The notes under the pieces: generated by a model
Database searches by the model: none
What the model saw: the letters and a program-made list of their open reading frames with translations, nothing else
Told to the model about the DNA's origin: nothing
From: Desulfobacterales bacterium
Lineage (GTDB): Bacteria; Desulfobacterota; Desulfobacteria; Desulfobacterales; UBA5852
NCBI GenBank assembly: GCA_963674755.2
Contig: CAXXVS010000003.1
Span: 1,728,001 to 1,792,000, forward strand
Length of the DNA: 64,000 nt
Reading direction: 5' to 3'
Part shown: piece after piece, positions 42,500 to 53,651 of the stretch
How the letters are laid out: each line of letters opens with the position of its first letter
Numbering within the stretch: position 1 is the stretch's first letter
Position numbers and translations under genes: made by a program

Positions 42500-43834
42500 A
42501 TGACGCCAAAAGCATCTTCGCCGTTTTGCCGCCAAAACCCACAGCTTTCCGATTTACTCGATAAAACAGCCGGCATGATGTCGGACTTCGACCCGCAATT
42601 CCTTCACTACCGTCAAAAGCTGAATGACTTGGCCTCCCGCTATTCCGAGGGACGGTTTCACTTGGCGGTTCTCGGCCAATTCAAGCGCGGCAAAAGCACA
42701 CTGCTCAACGCGTTGACGGGCGGGCCGCTTTTGCCCGTAGGGGTGGTTCCATTGACGGCGGCACCGACCTTCCTCCAATATGGTGAAGCCGCCAAAATCA
42801 CGATCCAATATCAAGACGGCCGTCCGGCGGATGAATTCGCCGGCGCCTCGACCGCCGAGAGAAGTGCCTTTCTGGCCCGCTTTGTTACCGAAAAGGGCAA
42901 CCCCAAAAACAAGCTGGGTGTCGCTGAAGTCCAGGTGGATCTGCCGGTCCCTATTCTAAGCGGTGGCGTGGTCTTGATTGACACGCCCGGAATCGGCTCC
43001 ACCTATCGCCATAACACCTCTGCGACGCTCAATTTTCTGAAACAATGCGATGCGGCCCTGTTTCTGGTTTCGGCCGACCCGCCCATCACCGAAGTGGAAC
43101 TGGCATTCCTGCGGCAGGTGAGCGTAAAGGTGCCGCGATTGTTCTTTGTTTTAAACAAAATCGATTACTTGAACGAAGAGGAACTTGAAGAGGCACTTGC
43201 TTTTTACAAACACATATTGTCCGAGGAACTCGGCTGGATCAGCGACCATCCGGTCTTTTGCGTATCGGCCCGCAAAGGTCTCGAGGCCCGAACATCCACC
43301 GCGGCCGATGGGTGGTCCGCCAGCGGCATGGCGCGATTGGAAGCCTTTCTGGTGGATTATCTTGCCAGGGAAAAGTTCACCGCCTTGACGGATGCCGTTT
43401 GCCGAAGGGCGCTGGAGCTTATCGACGCCACCCTGATGGAGGCCGGTATCGTCTTGCAGGCGCTCAAACTGCCCCAACAGGAACTGGAAGAAAAAATCGG
43501 TGTTTTCGAACAAAGTCTCAGGCAGGCCGAAAGTGAACGCCGGCTGATCCAGGATGTTCTGGAAGGCGATAAAAAGCGCGTCACCGCCTTTGTGGAAGAA
43601 GAGGCCCGTGACCTGGCCCGTCAAGCCGAACAATTTTTGAAGGAGATCATGGATCGCGGCCCTGGTTCGCGAATCTACGGTCAATCTTCATTGGTCGGCC
43701 CCCTGTGCTTAGCACACTGTCCGGTCCTTAAGGTCCACCGCCACCGAAGCCCGACCAAGCAGGAAAGGAAAATGAATGAACTCAAGAAGCAAGGCAGCGA
43801 TTCCGGCAACAAAAGAGTGCTACGAAATTCTTGA
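42500..43834 (+). pseudogene. Truncated dynamin-like GTPase: N-terminal part up to the junction at 43689 plus a read-through tail
   Basis: Identical to the ORF at 44805 through ...YGQSS, then an unrelated 47-aa tail. Confidence 0.8.
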
Positions 43835-44333
43835 AGAAACAGGCACGCTCCAACACATCAAGGAACACTCAGAAACAGTCACCTGCGTAGCCAGAGAAAT
43901 TGCGGAACGCATGAACCAATCCGGAAAAAAAGTTGATGTTGACCTCATAGTCGCGGCGGCGCTGCTCCACGACGCGACGAAAACCAGAAGCCTGAAGACT
44001 GGCGAAGACCACGCAGAGACAGGAGCAGAGCTGTTACGTCAAAAAGGGTACTTTGAGATCAGCGAAATCGTTCGGCAACACGTACGCCTCGACTGCGAGC
44101 CAAGCAACGGAAAAATCACCGAAGCCGAAATCGTGAACTACGCAGACAAGCGCGTCATCAACAAAGACGTGGTAGGCCTACAAGAAAGGCGGGAATACAT
44201 ATTCAGGCGATATGCCGGGCATTACATAGACGCCACCGAACTAGAAAAGATTTGGGACGACACAGAAAAAATAGAGAAAAAAATCTTTGCGGAGATGCCT
44301 TACGGACCGGAGAAGCTCGCAGAGAAAATTTGA
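43776..44333 (+). CDS. HD-domain phosphohydrolase, copy 2
   Basis: Translation identical to 41471-42028. Confidence 0.85.
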   Translation: MNSRSKAAIPATKECYEILEETGTLQHIKEHSETVTCVAREIAERMNQSGKKVDVDLIVAAALLHDATKTRSLKTGEDHAETGAELLRQKGYFEISEIVRQHVRLDCEPSNGKITEAEIVNYADKRVINKDVVGLQERREYIFRRYAGHYIDATELEKIWDDTEKIEKKIFAEMPYGPEKLAEKI

Positions 44334-44624
44334 TTCATAAACCGGAATTGAACCCGGAAGAAATCCAGATTTACGTCCCAGGAACCGCGGCCGGTTTTTC
44401 ATAAATGGCTATTAGGTTTCGCATGGACGCCTCCGTTAACCGGACACACCGGATTCTGCAAATCGCCCAAACGTCGTCATCGAAAAGAAAAAATGCATAA
44501 GACCGCATAAAACAAGCTGCTGCTGATATCGTTTCTTTGAAGTCTGACAGCGGCGGCCTCGATCGCATCAAAAGCGTTGATCTTGTTTTTCGGTGATACG
44601 GTGTTATATTATCCAATAACATTT

Positions 44625-44676
44625 GGGGATGGAGTCCCCCCTGTTAACCGCCCGGGCTGGGCTGATGACTCCTACC
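44625..44676 (+). ncRNA. Fluoride riboswitch (crcB motif), copy 2
   Basis: Identical to 42320-42371; about 130 nt upstream of the dynamin ATG. Confidence 0.9.
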
Positions 44677-44804
44677 GGCAGTCATGATCGGTGGGATTAT
44701 TCTGGAGAGGCCCGCAGGCGGTTTTCTTATGCCTAAATGCGCTAGTGGCCTCTTTGGATGCAAGCATTCCACATGAATGCTTAAACGACAACAGGGAGGT
44801 AACA

Positions 44805-46667
44805 ATGACGCCAAAAGCATCTTCGCCGTTTTGCCGCCAAAACCCACAGCTTTCCGATTTACTCGATAAAACAGCCGGCATGATGTCGGACTTCGACCCG
44901 CAATTCCTTCACTACCGTCAAAAGCTGAATGACTTGGCCTCCCGCTATTCCGAGGGACGGTTTCACTTGGCGGTTCTCGGCCAATTCAAGCGCGGCAAAA
45001 GCACACTGCTCAACGCGTTGACGGGCGGGCCGCTTTTGCCCGTAGGGGTGGTTCCATTGACGGCGGCACCGACCTTCCTCCAATATGGTGAAGCCGCCAA
45101 AATCACGATCCAATATCAAGACGGCCGTCCGGCGGATGAATTCGCCGGCGCCTCGACCGCCGAGAGAAGTGCCTTTCTGGCCCGCTTTGTTACCGAAAAG
45201 GGCAACCCCAAAAACAAGCTGGGTGTCGCTGAAGTCCAGGTGGATCTGCCGGTCCCTATTCTAAGCGGTGGCGTGGTCTTGATTGACACGCCCGGAATCG
45301 GCTCCACCTATCGCCATAACACCTCTGCGACGCTCAATTTTCTGAAACAATGCGATGCGGCCCTGTTTCTGGTTTCGGCCGACCCGCCCATCACCGAAGT
45401 GGAACTGGCATTCCTGCGGCAGGTGAGCGTAAAGGTGCCGCGATTGTTCTTTGTTTTAAACAAAATCGATTACTTGAACGAAGAGGAACTTGAAGAGGCA
45501 CTTGCTTTTTACAAACACATATTGTCCGAGGAACTCGGCTGGATCAGCGACCATCCGGTCTTTTGCGTATCGGCCCGCAAAGGTCTCGAGGCCCGAACAT
45601 CCACCGCGGCCGATGGGTGGTCCGCCAGCGGCATGGCGCGATTGGAAGCCTTTCTGGTGGATTATCTTGCCAGGGAAAAGTTCACCGCCTTGACGGATGC
45701 CGTTTGCCGAAGGGCGCTGGAGCTTATCGACGCCACCCTGATGGAGGCCGGTATCGTCTTGCAGGCGCTCAAACTGCCCCAACAGGAACTGGAAGAAAAA
45801 ATCGGTGTTTTCGAACAAAGTCTCAGGCAGGCCGAAAGTGAACGCCGGCTGATCCAGGATGTTCTGGAAGGCGATAAAAAGCGCGTCACCGCCTTTGTGG
45901 AAGAAGAGGCCCGTGACCTGGCCCGTCAAGCCGAACAATTTTTGAAGGAGATCATGGATCGCGGCCCTGGTTCGCGAATCTACGGTCAATCTTCAAAAGC
46001 AGGCATCCAGCAGGCCTGGGCGGAGGCGATTCCCGATTATTTCGAGGCGCAGCGGGAAGCGCTAAACGAACGCGTCAAAGAGCGCCTGCTGGAGTGCCTG
46101 ACACCCCATGAAGAGCGCCTTTCCCAACTCGTGGAAACCCTGCGGCAAACCGCCGCCGACATGTTCCAGGTGCCCTACAAGCCCCTTTCACCGGAGCGGG
46201 TCCTGGAGGTCAAACGGAAGCCCTATTGGGTGTTGAGCACGTGGAACACCGATCCCCTGCCCGCTTTGCTGTCCATGGACCAGCGTCTGGACGGGCTGGT
46301 CCGGCGCAACGTGGAGAACATCCGCTGGTCCATGCTCCAGAACCTGAACCTTTCCTTTGCGGGGTTTGCCCGCCGGACCCGCGAACGCCTGGATGAAACC
46401 GTAGCCGCGACCCAGGGGGCCATGCAGGCGGCCCATGCACGGCGACAAGCCGACGATGGGGGCATCGCAGCCGAAGCAGCCCGCATGTCCGACCGCATGG
46501 CGCTATTGGAGGCTGTCAAAATCGATTTAACACTTTTTCAGGATAGCTTATCGCCGGCGAAGGATGAAACAACACCGGATCGTGCCCAGTCGATAGGCAG
46601 TGATCGTGGGCTTGACGGGCGCCTTGTGGATGGGCCGCGTCCGCACTGTCAATCCATAACCAGGTAG
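44805..46667 (+). CDS. Bacterial dynamin-like GTPase
   Basis: G1 GQFKRGKST, G2 PLT, G3 DTPG, G4 NKID; long helical C-terminal stalk; GGAGG RBS. Confidence 0.88.
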   Translation: MTPKASSPFCRQNPQLSDLLDKTAGMMSDFDPQFLHYRQKLNDLASRYSEGRFHLAVLGQFKRGKSTLLNALTGGPLLPVGVVPLTAAPTFLQYGEAAKITIQYQDGRPADEFAGASTAERSAFLARFVTEKGNPKNKLGVAEVQVDLPVPILSGGVVLIDTPGIGSTYRHNTSATLNFLKQCDAALFLVSADPPITEVELAFLRQVSVKVPRLFFVLNKIDYLNEEELEEALAFYKHILSEELGWISDHPVFCVSARKGLEARTSTAADGWSASGMARLEAFLVDYLAREKFTALTDAVCRRALELIDATLMEAGIVLQALKLPQQELEEKIGVFEQSLRQAESERRLIQDVLEGDKKRVTAFVEEEARDLARQAEQFLKEIMDRGPGSRIYGQSSKAGIQQAWAEAIPDYFEAQREALNERVKERLLECLTPHEERLSQLVETLRQTAADMFQVPYKPLSPERVLEVKRKPYWVLSTWNTDPLPALLSMDQRLDGLVRRNVENIRWSMLQNLNLSFAGFARRTRERLDETVAATQGAMQAAHARRQADDGGIAAEAARMSDRMALLEAVKIDLTLFQDSLSPAKDETTPDRAQSIGSDRGLDGRLVDGPRPHCQSITR

Positions 46668-46719
46668 ATAGACCCAAAAGAAGGTGTGAGATGAAGAATA
46701 CGACCCATTCGTCATGTGA

Positions 46720-47572
<853 letters not shown>

Positions 47573-47781
47573 GCAGTAGACATATTTGCGGTCGCGATCA
47601 GGGCGAATCGGTCCAATTGCCATCCGCGGTTTCGCGCGTCAGTGACGGACGAAGCCGCAGTCCCCGGGGGTGTCCTGCATGTTCCGAAACCCGGTTTGCA
47701 GGAGGCCGGGGTTTGGGGAGCGGTCTTGCGCACCGTGCCCGATCGTTGCCGGCACCGCGGCACCGTGCGGGCCGGGCGGTC

Positions 47782-48372
47782 CTATTTGCGCGCCAGATTG
47801 AACATATCGGTGATCAGCGGGCTTTCGCGGAATTGATGCACGAGGGCGATGCCGGCATGGCCGAAGAGATAGGCCCACATGAAACCGGCGATGAGGCTGT
47901 GGATTTCAGCCACCGTATGGACCCACGGGACCATGCCGCCATCCGGCGCCATGGCGAAGAAGATGGTGCCTCCGGTCACGGCCATGCCCGTAACGGCCAG
48001 CAAGCCCAGGCCGTGGATCGCACCGGCCATGGGCAGGGTTTCCTTGCTCTGGTCGGGGAATCCGTTGCGCAGCCAGCCGGGCAAGGCCTTCAGGTCGTCC
48101 ATGAGGCGCTGCATGCGTCGCGCGGAGAACCAGGGGAAGAGATGGCCCCAGCCGTTGCTCAGGTGACCGCTCAATTGCCACAGCCAGTGGAGCAGCAGCA
48201 GGCTGACGACCGTGATGCCGGACCAGCGATGGATATGAAACAGGGTGTAGCCGGGCTCCGTCGGGACCCGGCCCGGGTGCGGAACCACCATCAGCAGGCT
48301 GCTGAGCAGTTGAATCACTACTGTCAGGGCCAGACCGGCATGCAGCCAGCGCGTCGTACGATCGTATTTCAT
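47782..48372 (-). CDS. Cytochrome b561 / cytochrome b domain protein
   Basis: Four TM segments with heme-ligand histidines (WLHAG, IHRWSG, EIHS, GHAG). Confidence 0.85.
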   Translation of the reverse strand: MKYDRTTRWLHAGLALTVVIQLLSSLLMVVPHPGRVPTEPGYTLFHIHRWSGITVVSLLLLHWLWQLSGHLSNGWGHLFPWFSARRMQRLMDDLKALPGWLRNGFPDQSKETLPMAGAIHGLGLLAVTGMAVTGGTIFFAMAPDGGMVPWVHTVAEIHSLIAGFMWAYLFGHAGIALVHQFRESPLITDMFNLARK

Positions 48373-51104
48373 TGCGGTTTCCCTTCCTCTGTCGGTTTCG
48401 TTTTCAACGCTTTTTGCAGGGCCTGCATTGCCATCCCGAAATCCTGCCAGTTGCCCTGCCGGAGGGCTTCCTGGGCTTTGCTGAGATGCTCCCGGGCACG
48501 CCGCAAGGCGCTCGCTTCGATGGGTGCCGCCGCGGTTGCGGTCATTTTCTCCCCGCTCGGCGGCGCCGTGCCGAAGACCGCCTGGATGGCCTCACCCAGG
48601 GTGGGCTGCATGACCACTTTGTTGCCCGATATGACGATGACGCGGATGAGCTGGGGAATGTTGACCCCTTCGGCCAGCAGGTAGACCGGCTCGACATAGA
48701 GAAAAGCGTTGTCGATGGGAATCACCACCAGGTTGCCGCGGATCACCTTGGAGCCCCGCTGGTCCCATAGGGAGAGCTGTTCTGAAATGACGGCATTCTG
48801 GTCGATCATGGCCTCGATCTGGATCGGACCGAAGGTGAGCCGCTCCTTAGGCAGCTGGTAGACGATGATGCGGCCGTAGTCGGGTGCATCGCATTCGGCC
48901 CCCATCCAGGCGATCATGTTGTCCCTGCTTTGGGGGGTGAAGGGGGTCATGATAAAATAGCGCAGCGCCTTGGTGCCGGGCAGGCGCATCAGCAGATAGT
49001 AAGGCTGGAAGGCCACCGCCTGTCCGGCATACTTCTCCTGGGGCAGGGCCCAGAGATCCTCCTGGTTGTAGAACACCTGGGGATCGGTCATGTGGTAGTT
49101 CATATAGCTGGCGGCCTGGATCGCGAACAGGTCTTCGGGATAGCGCAGATGGCTGCGCAGGTCCGCGGAGAGATCGTCCAGGGGTTTGAACATCCCCGGG
49201 AAGGCCTTGCGGTAGACCTGCAGAATAGGATCGGCGGGATCCATCACATAAAACTGCACGCTCCCGTCGTAGACGTCTTCCACCACCTTCACGGAGTTGC
49301 GGATGTAATTGGGGGCGGACGCGATCCCGGAGGCGGGCTGGGCATAGGGAAAACGGTCCGATACCGTATAGGCATCCTGGATCCAGTAGAGTTTGCCGTC
49401 GGCCAGCACCAGGTAGGGATCCTGATCGAGGGTCAGGAAGGGGGCGATCTGCGCCACGCGTTCCTGCACCCCGCGGTAGATCTGGATCCGGCTCTGGGGT
49501 TTCAGATAAGAGGTCAGCAGGATATTGATGTCGGACTGGGTCCAGGCGAAGAGCAGTTTTTTCCAGATCGTGTCCAAGGGAATGCCGCCTTTCCCCTGGT
49601 AGCTGGTGTAGACGTTGTCGTTGCCTTTGGGGTAGTCGAACTCTTTCACCTCGGTGTCCACGATCATATAGCCGGGCGCGTTTTCACCATAGTAGACGGC
49701 CGGCTGTTCAACCTGCAGGCCGTAAGTGGAGGTCGGCGGGATATTCTCGATGGCATACACCGGCAGCCCGCCTTGCTGCTGTTTGGAGACGAAGCTCATG
49801 ACCAGGCCGTAGCCATGGGTGAACTGCAGGTGCTGGTTGACCCAGGTGCGGGCCTTGGGCGGCAGTTGGGTAGCGATCTCGCGGGCCGACAACATCACCT
49901 GATGATAGCCGTCCTTCAGGTGATAGCGCCCCACGTCCACTGAATTGAATTGGTAGTAGAGCCGGATTTCCTGGGTCTGGCGATAGGTTTGCAGGATCGG
50001 CCGCCAGTCCCATAGCCGGATGTTTTCGATGGTCGGGCCGTGGCTGTCGATCTGCTCCAAGGTTAGATCGCTTAGGGCCGGATAGGCCTTCTCCTCGATC
50101 TTGTCGAGCTGGAAGGCGCGGCGCGTAAAATCGATGTTGTGTTTGAGGTAGGGGGTTTCCAGTTGGAGCTCGTTGGGTTCGACATGGTATTTTTGCACCA
50201 GACCCGGAACCAGGACCAGCGCCAGGCCGTAGAGGATGAAATACCCGCTGATGCCCCCCAGCATCAGGACCATGCGCCGTTTGATAAAGCACAGGGGGAT
50301 GAATGCGGCCAGGAGGAGGGCGGCGCCCAGCATGACCCAGTAGGCCATGCGTTCGATGTGATCGGCGGTATACCCGACCCCGTAGACCACGCCCCGGGTG
50401 GAGTAGAGCAGCTCGAAGCGGTCCAGGTAGTAGCCCCAGGCCCAGATGACGAGGAAGATAATCAGCAGCAGGGCGAGATGGCCGAAGACTTTCGGATCCA
50501 TGCGCGCCGATTTGAGGGGCATGGGCCGGAGCAGATCGAAGGTGGTATAGGCCATGGCCGTGATCACCAGGGTCAGCAGGCTCACCCCCATCAGGCTGTC
50601 GCGCAGCAATTCATAGAAGGGCAGGTGGAACAGGTAGAAACCGATATCCCGTCCGAAGATCGGGTCGCTTTGGCCGAAGGTACCGCCCCACAGAAAGCGC
50701 AGATAGTCGTCCCATTGCGCATAGAACATCGAGGCGAACATCAGGCTGACCAGGGCGGCGATGAGCAGGGTGCCGAGATGGAACCATCCGGCCGGCACGG
50801 CCAGGCCCTGTTTGGTGTAGGCCGCAGGCCGGCGCTCGATGGTCGTGCCGCGCAACCGGAAGATGGCGGCGGCGGCGAAGCGCAGGTTCAGCCACAGGTA
50901 GACAAAGACGAGGAGCAGGGCCAGGGCGGCGGAAACGATTTTGATGGAGAGCAGGCGCCAGAAGACCATGGCGTAGCCCATCTGTTTCATCCAGAGCCCG
51001 TCCTGGATCAGGTTGGATACGGCAAACAAAACGTTGATGGCCAGGATGGCCGCCAACACCGACACCCAGATAATCCGTCTGGGGGATCCCAGCGCCAATT
51101 TCAT
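48369..51104 (-). CDS. UPF0182 family membrane protein
   Basis: DPIFGRDIGFY.F.LP, NIRLWD, FTHGYG, NYIRNSVK, HLRYP, IRGNL, LYVEPVY. Confidence 0.92.
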   Translation of the reverse strand: MKLALGSPRRIIWVSVLAAILAINVLFAVSNLIQDGLWMKQMGYAMVFWRLLSIKIVSAALALLLVFVYLWLNLRFAAAAIFRLRGTTIERRPAAYTKQGLAVPAGWFHLGTLLIAALVSLMFASMFYAQWDDYLRFLWGGTFGQSDPIFGRDIGFYLFHLPFYELLRDSLMGVSLLTLVITAMAYTTFDLLRPMPLKSARMDPKVFGHLALLLIIFLVIWAWGYYLDRFELLYSTRGVVYGVGYTADHIERMAYWVMLGAALLLAAFIPLCFIKRRMVLMLGGISGYFILYGLALVLVPGLVQKYHVEPNELQLETPYLKHNIDFTRRAFQLDKIEEKAYPALSDLTLEQIDSHGPTIENIRLWDWRPILQTYRQTQEIRLYYQFNSVDVGRYHLKDGYHQVMLSAREIATQLPPKARTWVNQHLQFTHGYGLVMSFVSKQQQGGLPVYAIENIPPTSTYGLQVEQPAVYYGENAPGYMIVDTEVKEFDYPKGNDNVYTSYQGKGGIPLDTIWKKLLFAWTQSDINILLTSYLKPQSRIQIYRGVQERVAQIAPFLTLDQDPYLVLADGKLYWIQDAYTVSDRFPYAQPASGIASAPNYIRNSVKVVEDVYDGSVQFYVMDPADPILQVYRKAFPGMFKPLDDLSADLRSHLRYPEDLFAIQAASYMNYHMTDPQVFYNQEDLWALPQEKYAGQAVAFQPYYLLMRLPGTKALRYFIMTPFTPQSRDNMIAWMGAECDAPDYGRIIVYQLPKERLTFGPIQIEAMIDQNAVISEQLSLWDQRGSKVIRGNLVVIPIDNAFLYVEPVYLLAEGVNIPQLIRVIVISGNKVVMQPTLGEAIQAVFGTAPPSGEKMTATAAAPIEASALRRAREHLSKAQEALRQGNWQDFGMAMQALQKALKTKPTEEGKPQ

Positions 51105-51697
51105 AATGAATGCTCCCTGCTGTCTTGTCGGGCCGTCCATTGCCCGATAAACCATTGTAAACTCGTAGTGTTCAGTCGTGATACGACATCCCGCAGAACG
51201 GGACTTCCCATCTGATGGCGTCCTCAACGGTGGGGTGCCCGCCGGTATACGCCGATATGGCGGGGAGGCGGCAGGCGGCCTCCAGGCCGGGATTCAGCCC
51301 CCCACTCGGGAACGTGTCCCCACGCGGGGGACGCGGTCCCTCGCCGACGGATCGAAGCGAACAAATCGTTTTACGAGGGCATCCAACGGCCGCGATTAAT
51401 GTAATCGACATCCGCCGGATAGGAATACGGTATTGATGGTATTCACCGGAAGCGCGACGTGTATCTTGCAGGAGAGCGGCCATCCATGCGATAGGGCGTT
51501 CGATGCGCGCCGACCGGCCGCCGGGTACATTGTTCCACGAGGGGCACATGCCGGCCAAGTATTGAAGACGGCTTGAAACCTCCGTGGATGCGTCTAATTT
51601 TAGAATCAGATGTCCATCCCGGCGTCGTGTTGACGCACCAGGCATCAATACCAACCATCCGACGTTTACGGACAAGACCGCTTGGAAGGAGACTCCG

Positions 51698-52264
51698 ATG
51701 CAAACGAACTGCTGGCGACGGACAGGTCTGTTGATCTTGCTTTGGCTGTTGACGCTCGCCGGTCCCCCGGCCCATGCCGCTTCGCTGCAGTCCGGCATCC
51801 ATGGCATGGTGTGGGGCGGCCGTGCCGCCGACTATCCGCAGCTGGAGAAAATCCGTGAAGAGGGCGGCGCGAGCTACTACGTCAACCGCCAAATGGCCTA
51901 CCGCACCGGCAGCGACCCGGTCTCCGGTGTGGTCTACGGGTTTTACCATGATCGGCTTTTCGCGGCCTACATCAAGACGCGCACGGCGAACCAGGCCTAC
52001 TACCTCGAACGACATTTCCGCGACATATACGGTCCGGCCAAGGTCAAGGCCTCCGGCAGCGAGACCATTTACCGCTGGGAACACGGCGATCTGAGGATCA
52101 AACTCAAAGACAACAACACCAATGAGGAGATCAAGCTGGGCATCTACTACCAGCCGCTGGCCAGGGAATTGGATCAGACCCTGGTGGAAGAGGGGCCGCC
52201 CGATGTGTTCGGCCCGTCTTCCGCCGGCGATAAGGGCGCCCCGTCGGCACCCCTGTTTAAATGA
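51698..52264 (+). CDS. Exported hypothetical protein
   Basis: AAGGAG RBS; signal peptide ending AHA-A; coding-like GC3 bias. Confidence 0.75.
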   Translation: MQTNCWRRTGLLILLWLLTLAGPPAHAASLQSGIHGMVWGGRAADYPQLEKIREEGGASYYVNRQMAYRTGSDPVSGVVYGFYHDRLFAAYIKTRTANQAYYLERHFRDIYGPAKVKASGSETIYRWEHGDLRIKLKDNNTNEEIKLGIYYQPLARELDQTLVEEGPPDVFGPSSAGDKGAPSAPLFK

Positions 52265-52316
52265 CGGCCCCTATGCAGCGGCCTGTTCCGGCGGCTGGTC
52301 AAGGCCTGCCGAGCGA

Positions 52317-52799
52317 TCAAAGTGAAAGTGTAAGTCGCTGCGCAACGGGCAAAGCCTTGTCGACCAGAAAGGGGAGCTGAAACGAGAAAATGGCCAGAAT
52401 GCCCGCCATGAGGGGGCCGAAGGCGATGCCCAGGCCGAACCCGATGGTGACCAGGCTCATCTGGCGGCTGCGGCGGCAGGCGCTGCCGCCCTGGGCGATG
52501 TCGCCGGCATAGGCCAGGGCGGGGGCGACGATGGCGGCGGCCGCCGCGCCCTGGATGAAGCGCAGCAGGCCCAGTTCCGCCAGGGAAGTGGCCTGGCCCA
52601 AGAGGGCTGTCGCCGGTGCCATCAGCAGCAGGCCGGCCAGCACCAGCGGTTTGCGTCCCAGGCGGTCGGAGAGGCGGCCCAGCGGCACCTGAAACAGCAG
52701 CCGGCTGACCATCAGGGCGCTGAAGGCGATGCCGAAGCCGAAGGCTCCCATGCCCAGTTTGGCGCTGATTCCCGGTTCCCGTCCCACCCAAAGGCACAC
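52317..52799 (-). pseudogene. MFS transporter C-terminal fragment
   Basis: Motif A GRLSDRLGRK and LRFIQG; only about half a transporter and no credible start. Confidence 0.7.
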
Positions 52800-52843
52800 C
52801 GGAATATCCCGCTAATGCGGCCTTGCCTATCCTGCGGCCGGGA

Positions 52844-53470
52844 TTAGTGCGTGGTTTCCAATCCCAACGCCGCCAGCCGCTGCCGTGTGGTGTCATACTC
52901 CTGGTGGTGCAGACCGCGGATCCCCAGGGATTCGGCGACCTGCACAAACATTTGGCGGTCGTCGATATAGAGGGCCGCTTCGGGCTGAATCTGCGCCGTA
53001 TCCAGGGCCAGGCGGTAGATGTCTTCGTCCGGTTTACGGAAATGGACAAAGCAGGACGAGATGAAGGTGTCGATAAAGTCATTCAAGGCGAACGTACGAA
53101 TCCGATGCTCGGTCAGCTCGCGCCCCTCGTTGCTGACCGCCACGATTTTAAGTCCGTAGCGCCATTTGAGCGCGCGGATCATCTCGATCATCGGGGTAAG
53201 CGGTTCGGACTGTGCGAACATGAACTGGCGGAATTGCTCCCGCGTGAAAGGCCGTTCTTTGAAGAAAATCACCCGATCCAGGTATTGCTCGAGGCTGAGC
53301 TTGCCCTCTTCGTACGTATCGAAGGTCAGATGATGGCGTTCATCCATGTAGGCATAATTCAACCCGAAGCGATCGGCGGCCTTCTGGCGGCCATGGCGGT
53401 CCCACCCATTGGTGAGCAGCACGCCGCCGATATCCAGCAGCAGACTGGTAATGGGCTGTTCATTTTTCAT
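52844..53470 (-). CDS. HAD-family phosphatase
   Basis: DIGGVL, SN, RKPD, YIDD motifs. Confidence 0.9.
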   Translation of the reverse strand: MKNEQPITSLLLDIGGVLLTNGWDRHGRQKAADRFGLNYAYMDERHHLTFDTYEEGKLSLEQYLDRVIFFKERPFTREQFRQFMFAQSEPLTPMIEMIRALKWRYGLKIVAVSNEGRELTEHRIRTFALNDFIDTFISSCFVHFRKPDEDIYRLALDTAQIQPEAALYIDDRQMFVQVAESLGIRGLHHQEYDTTRQRLAALGLETTH

Positions 53471-53562
53471 TGAGGCACCTCTATGCCGGTTAGGCGGCCA
53501 TGCGCCCCCGGTAGATTCATTTTAAAAATGCTCTCCGCACCATGCGGCGGTCATCGAAGGAA

Positions 53563-53592
53563 CTCCCCCGCCGCAAAGCCGCGGGGTATCGA
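53563..53592. repeat. REP-like hairpin
   Basis: ctcccccgccgcaaagccgcggggtatcg stem-loop between the HAD and RND genes. Confidence 0.4.
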
Positions 53593-53651
53593 AAAAGGCC
53601 ATGAAACGCTGCAAACGGCCGGGCATCAACCCCTTGTCCGCCCTGGGCGGA

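Larger units (their letters stand above)
41385..45994 (+). repeat. Direct tandem duplication, 2 x 2305 bp (41385-43689 and 43690-45994)
   Basis: ORFs recur with identical translations at an offset of 2305; junction ...caatcttc|attggtcgg; 1-bp microhomology. Confidence 0.95.

Noticed and set aside
53560..53600. ccgcaaagccgcggg resembling part of a c-di-GMP-I riboswitch
   Set aside because: The upstream GCAAA...GAAA stem is missing and it is on the wrong strand for the nearest downstream gene; a REP-like hairpin explains it better
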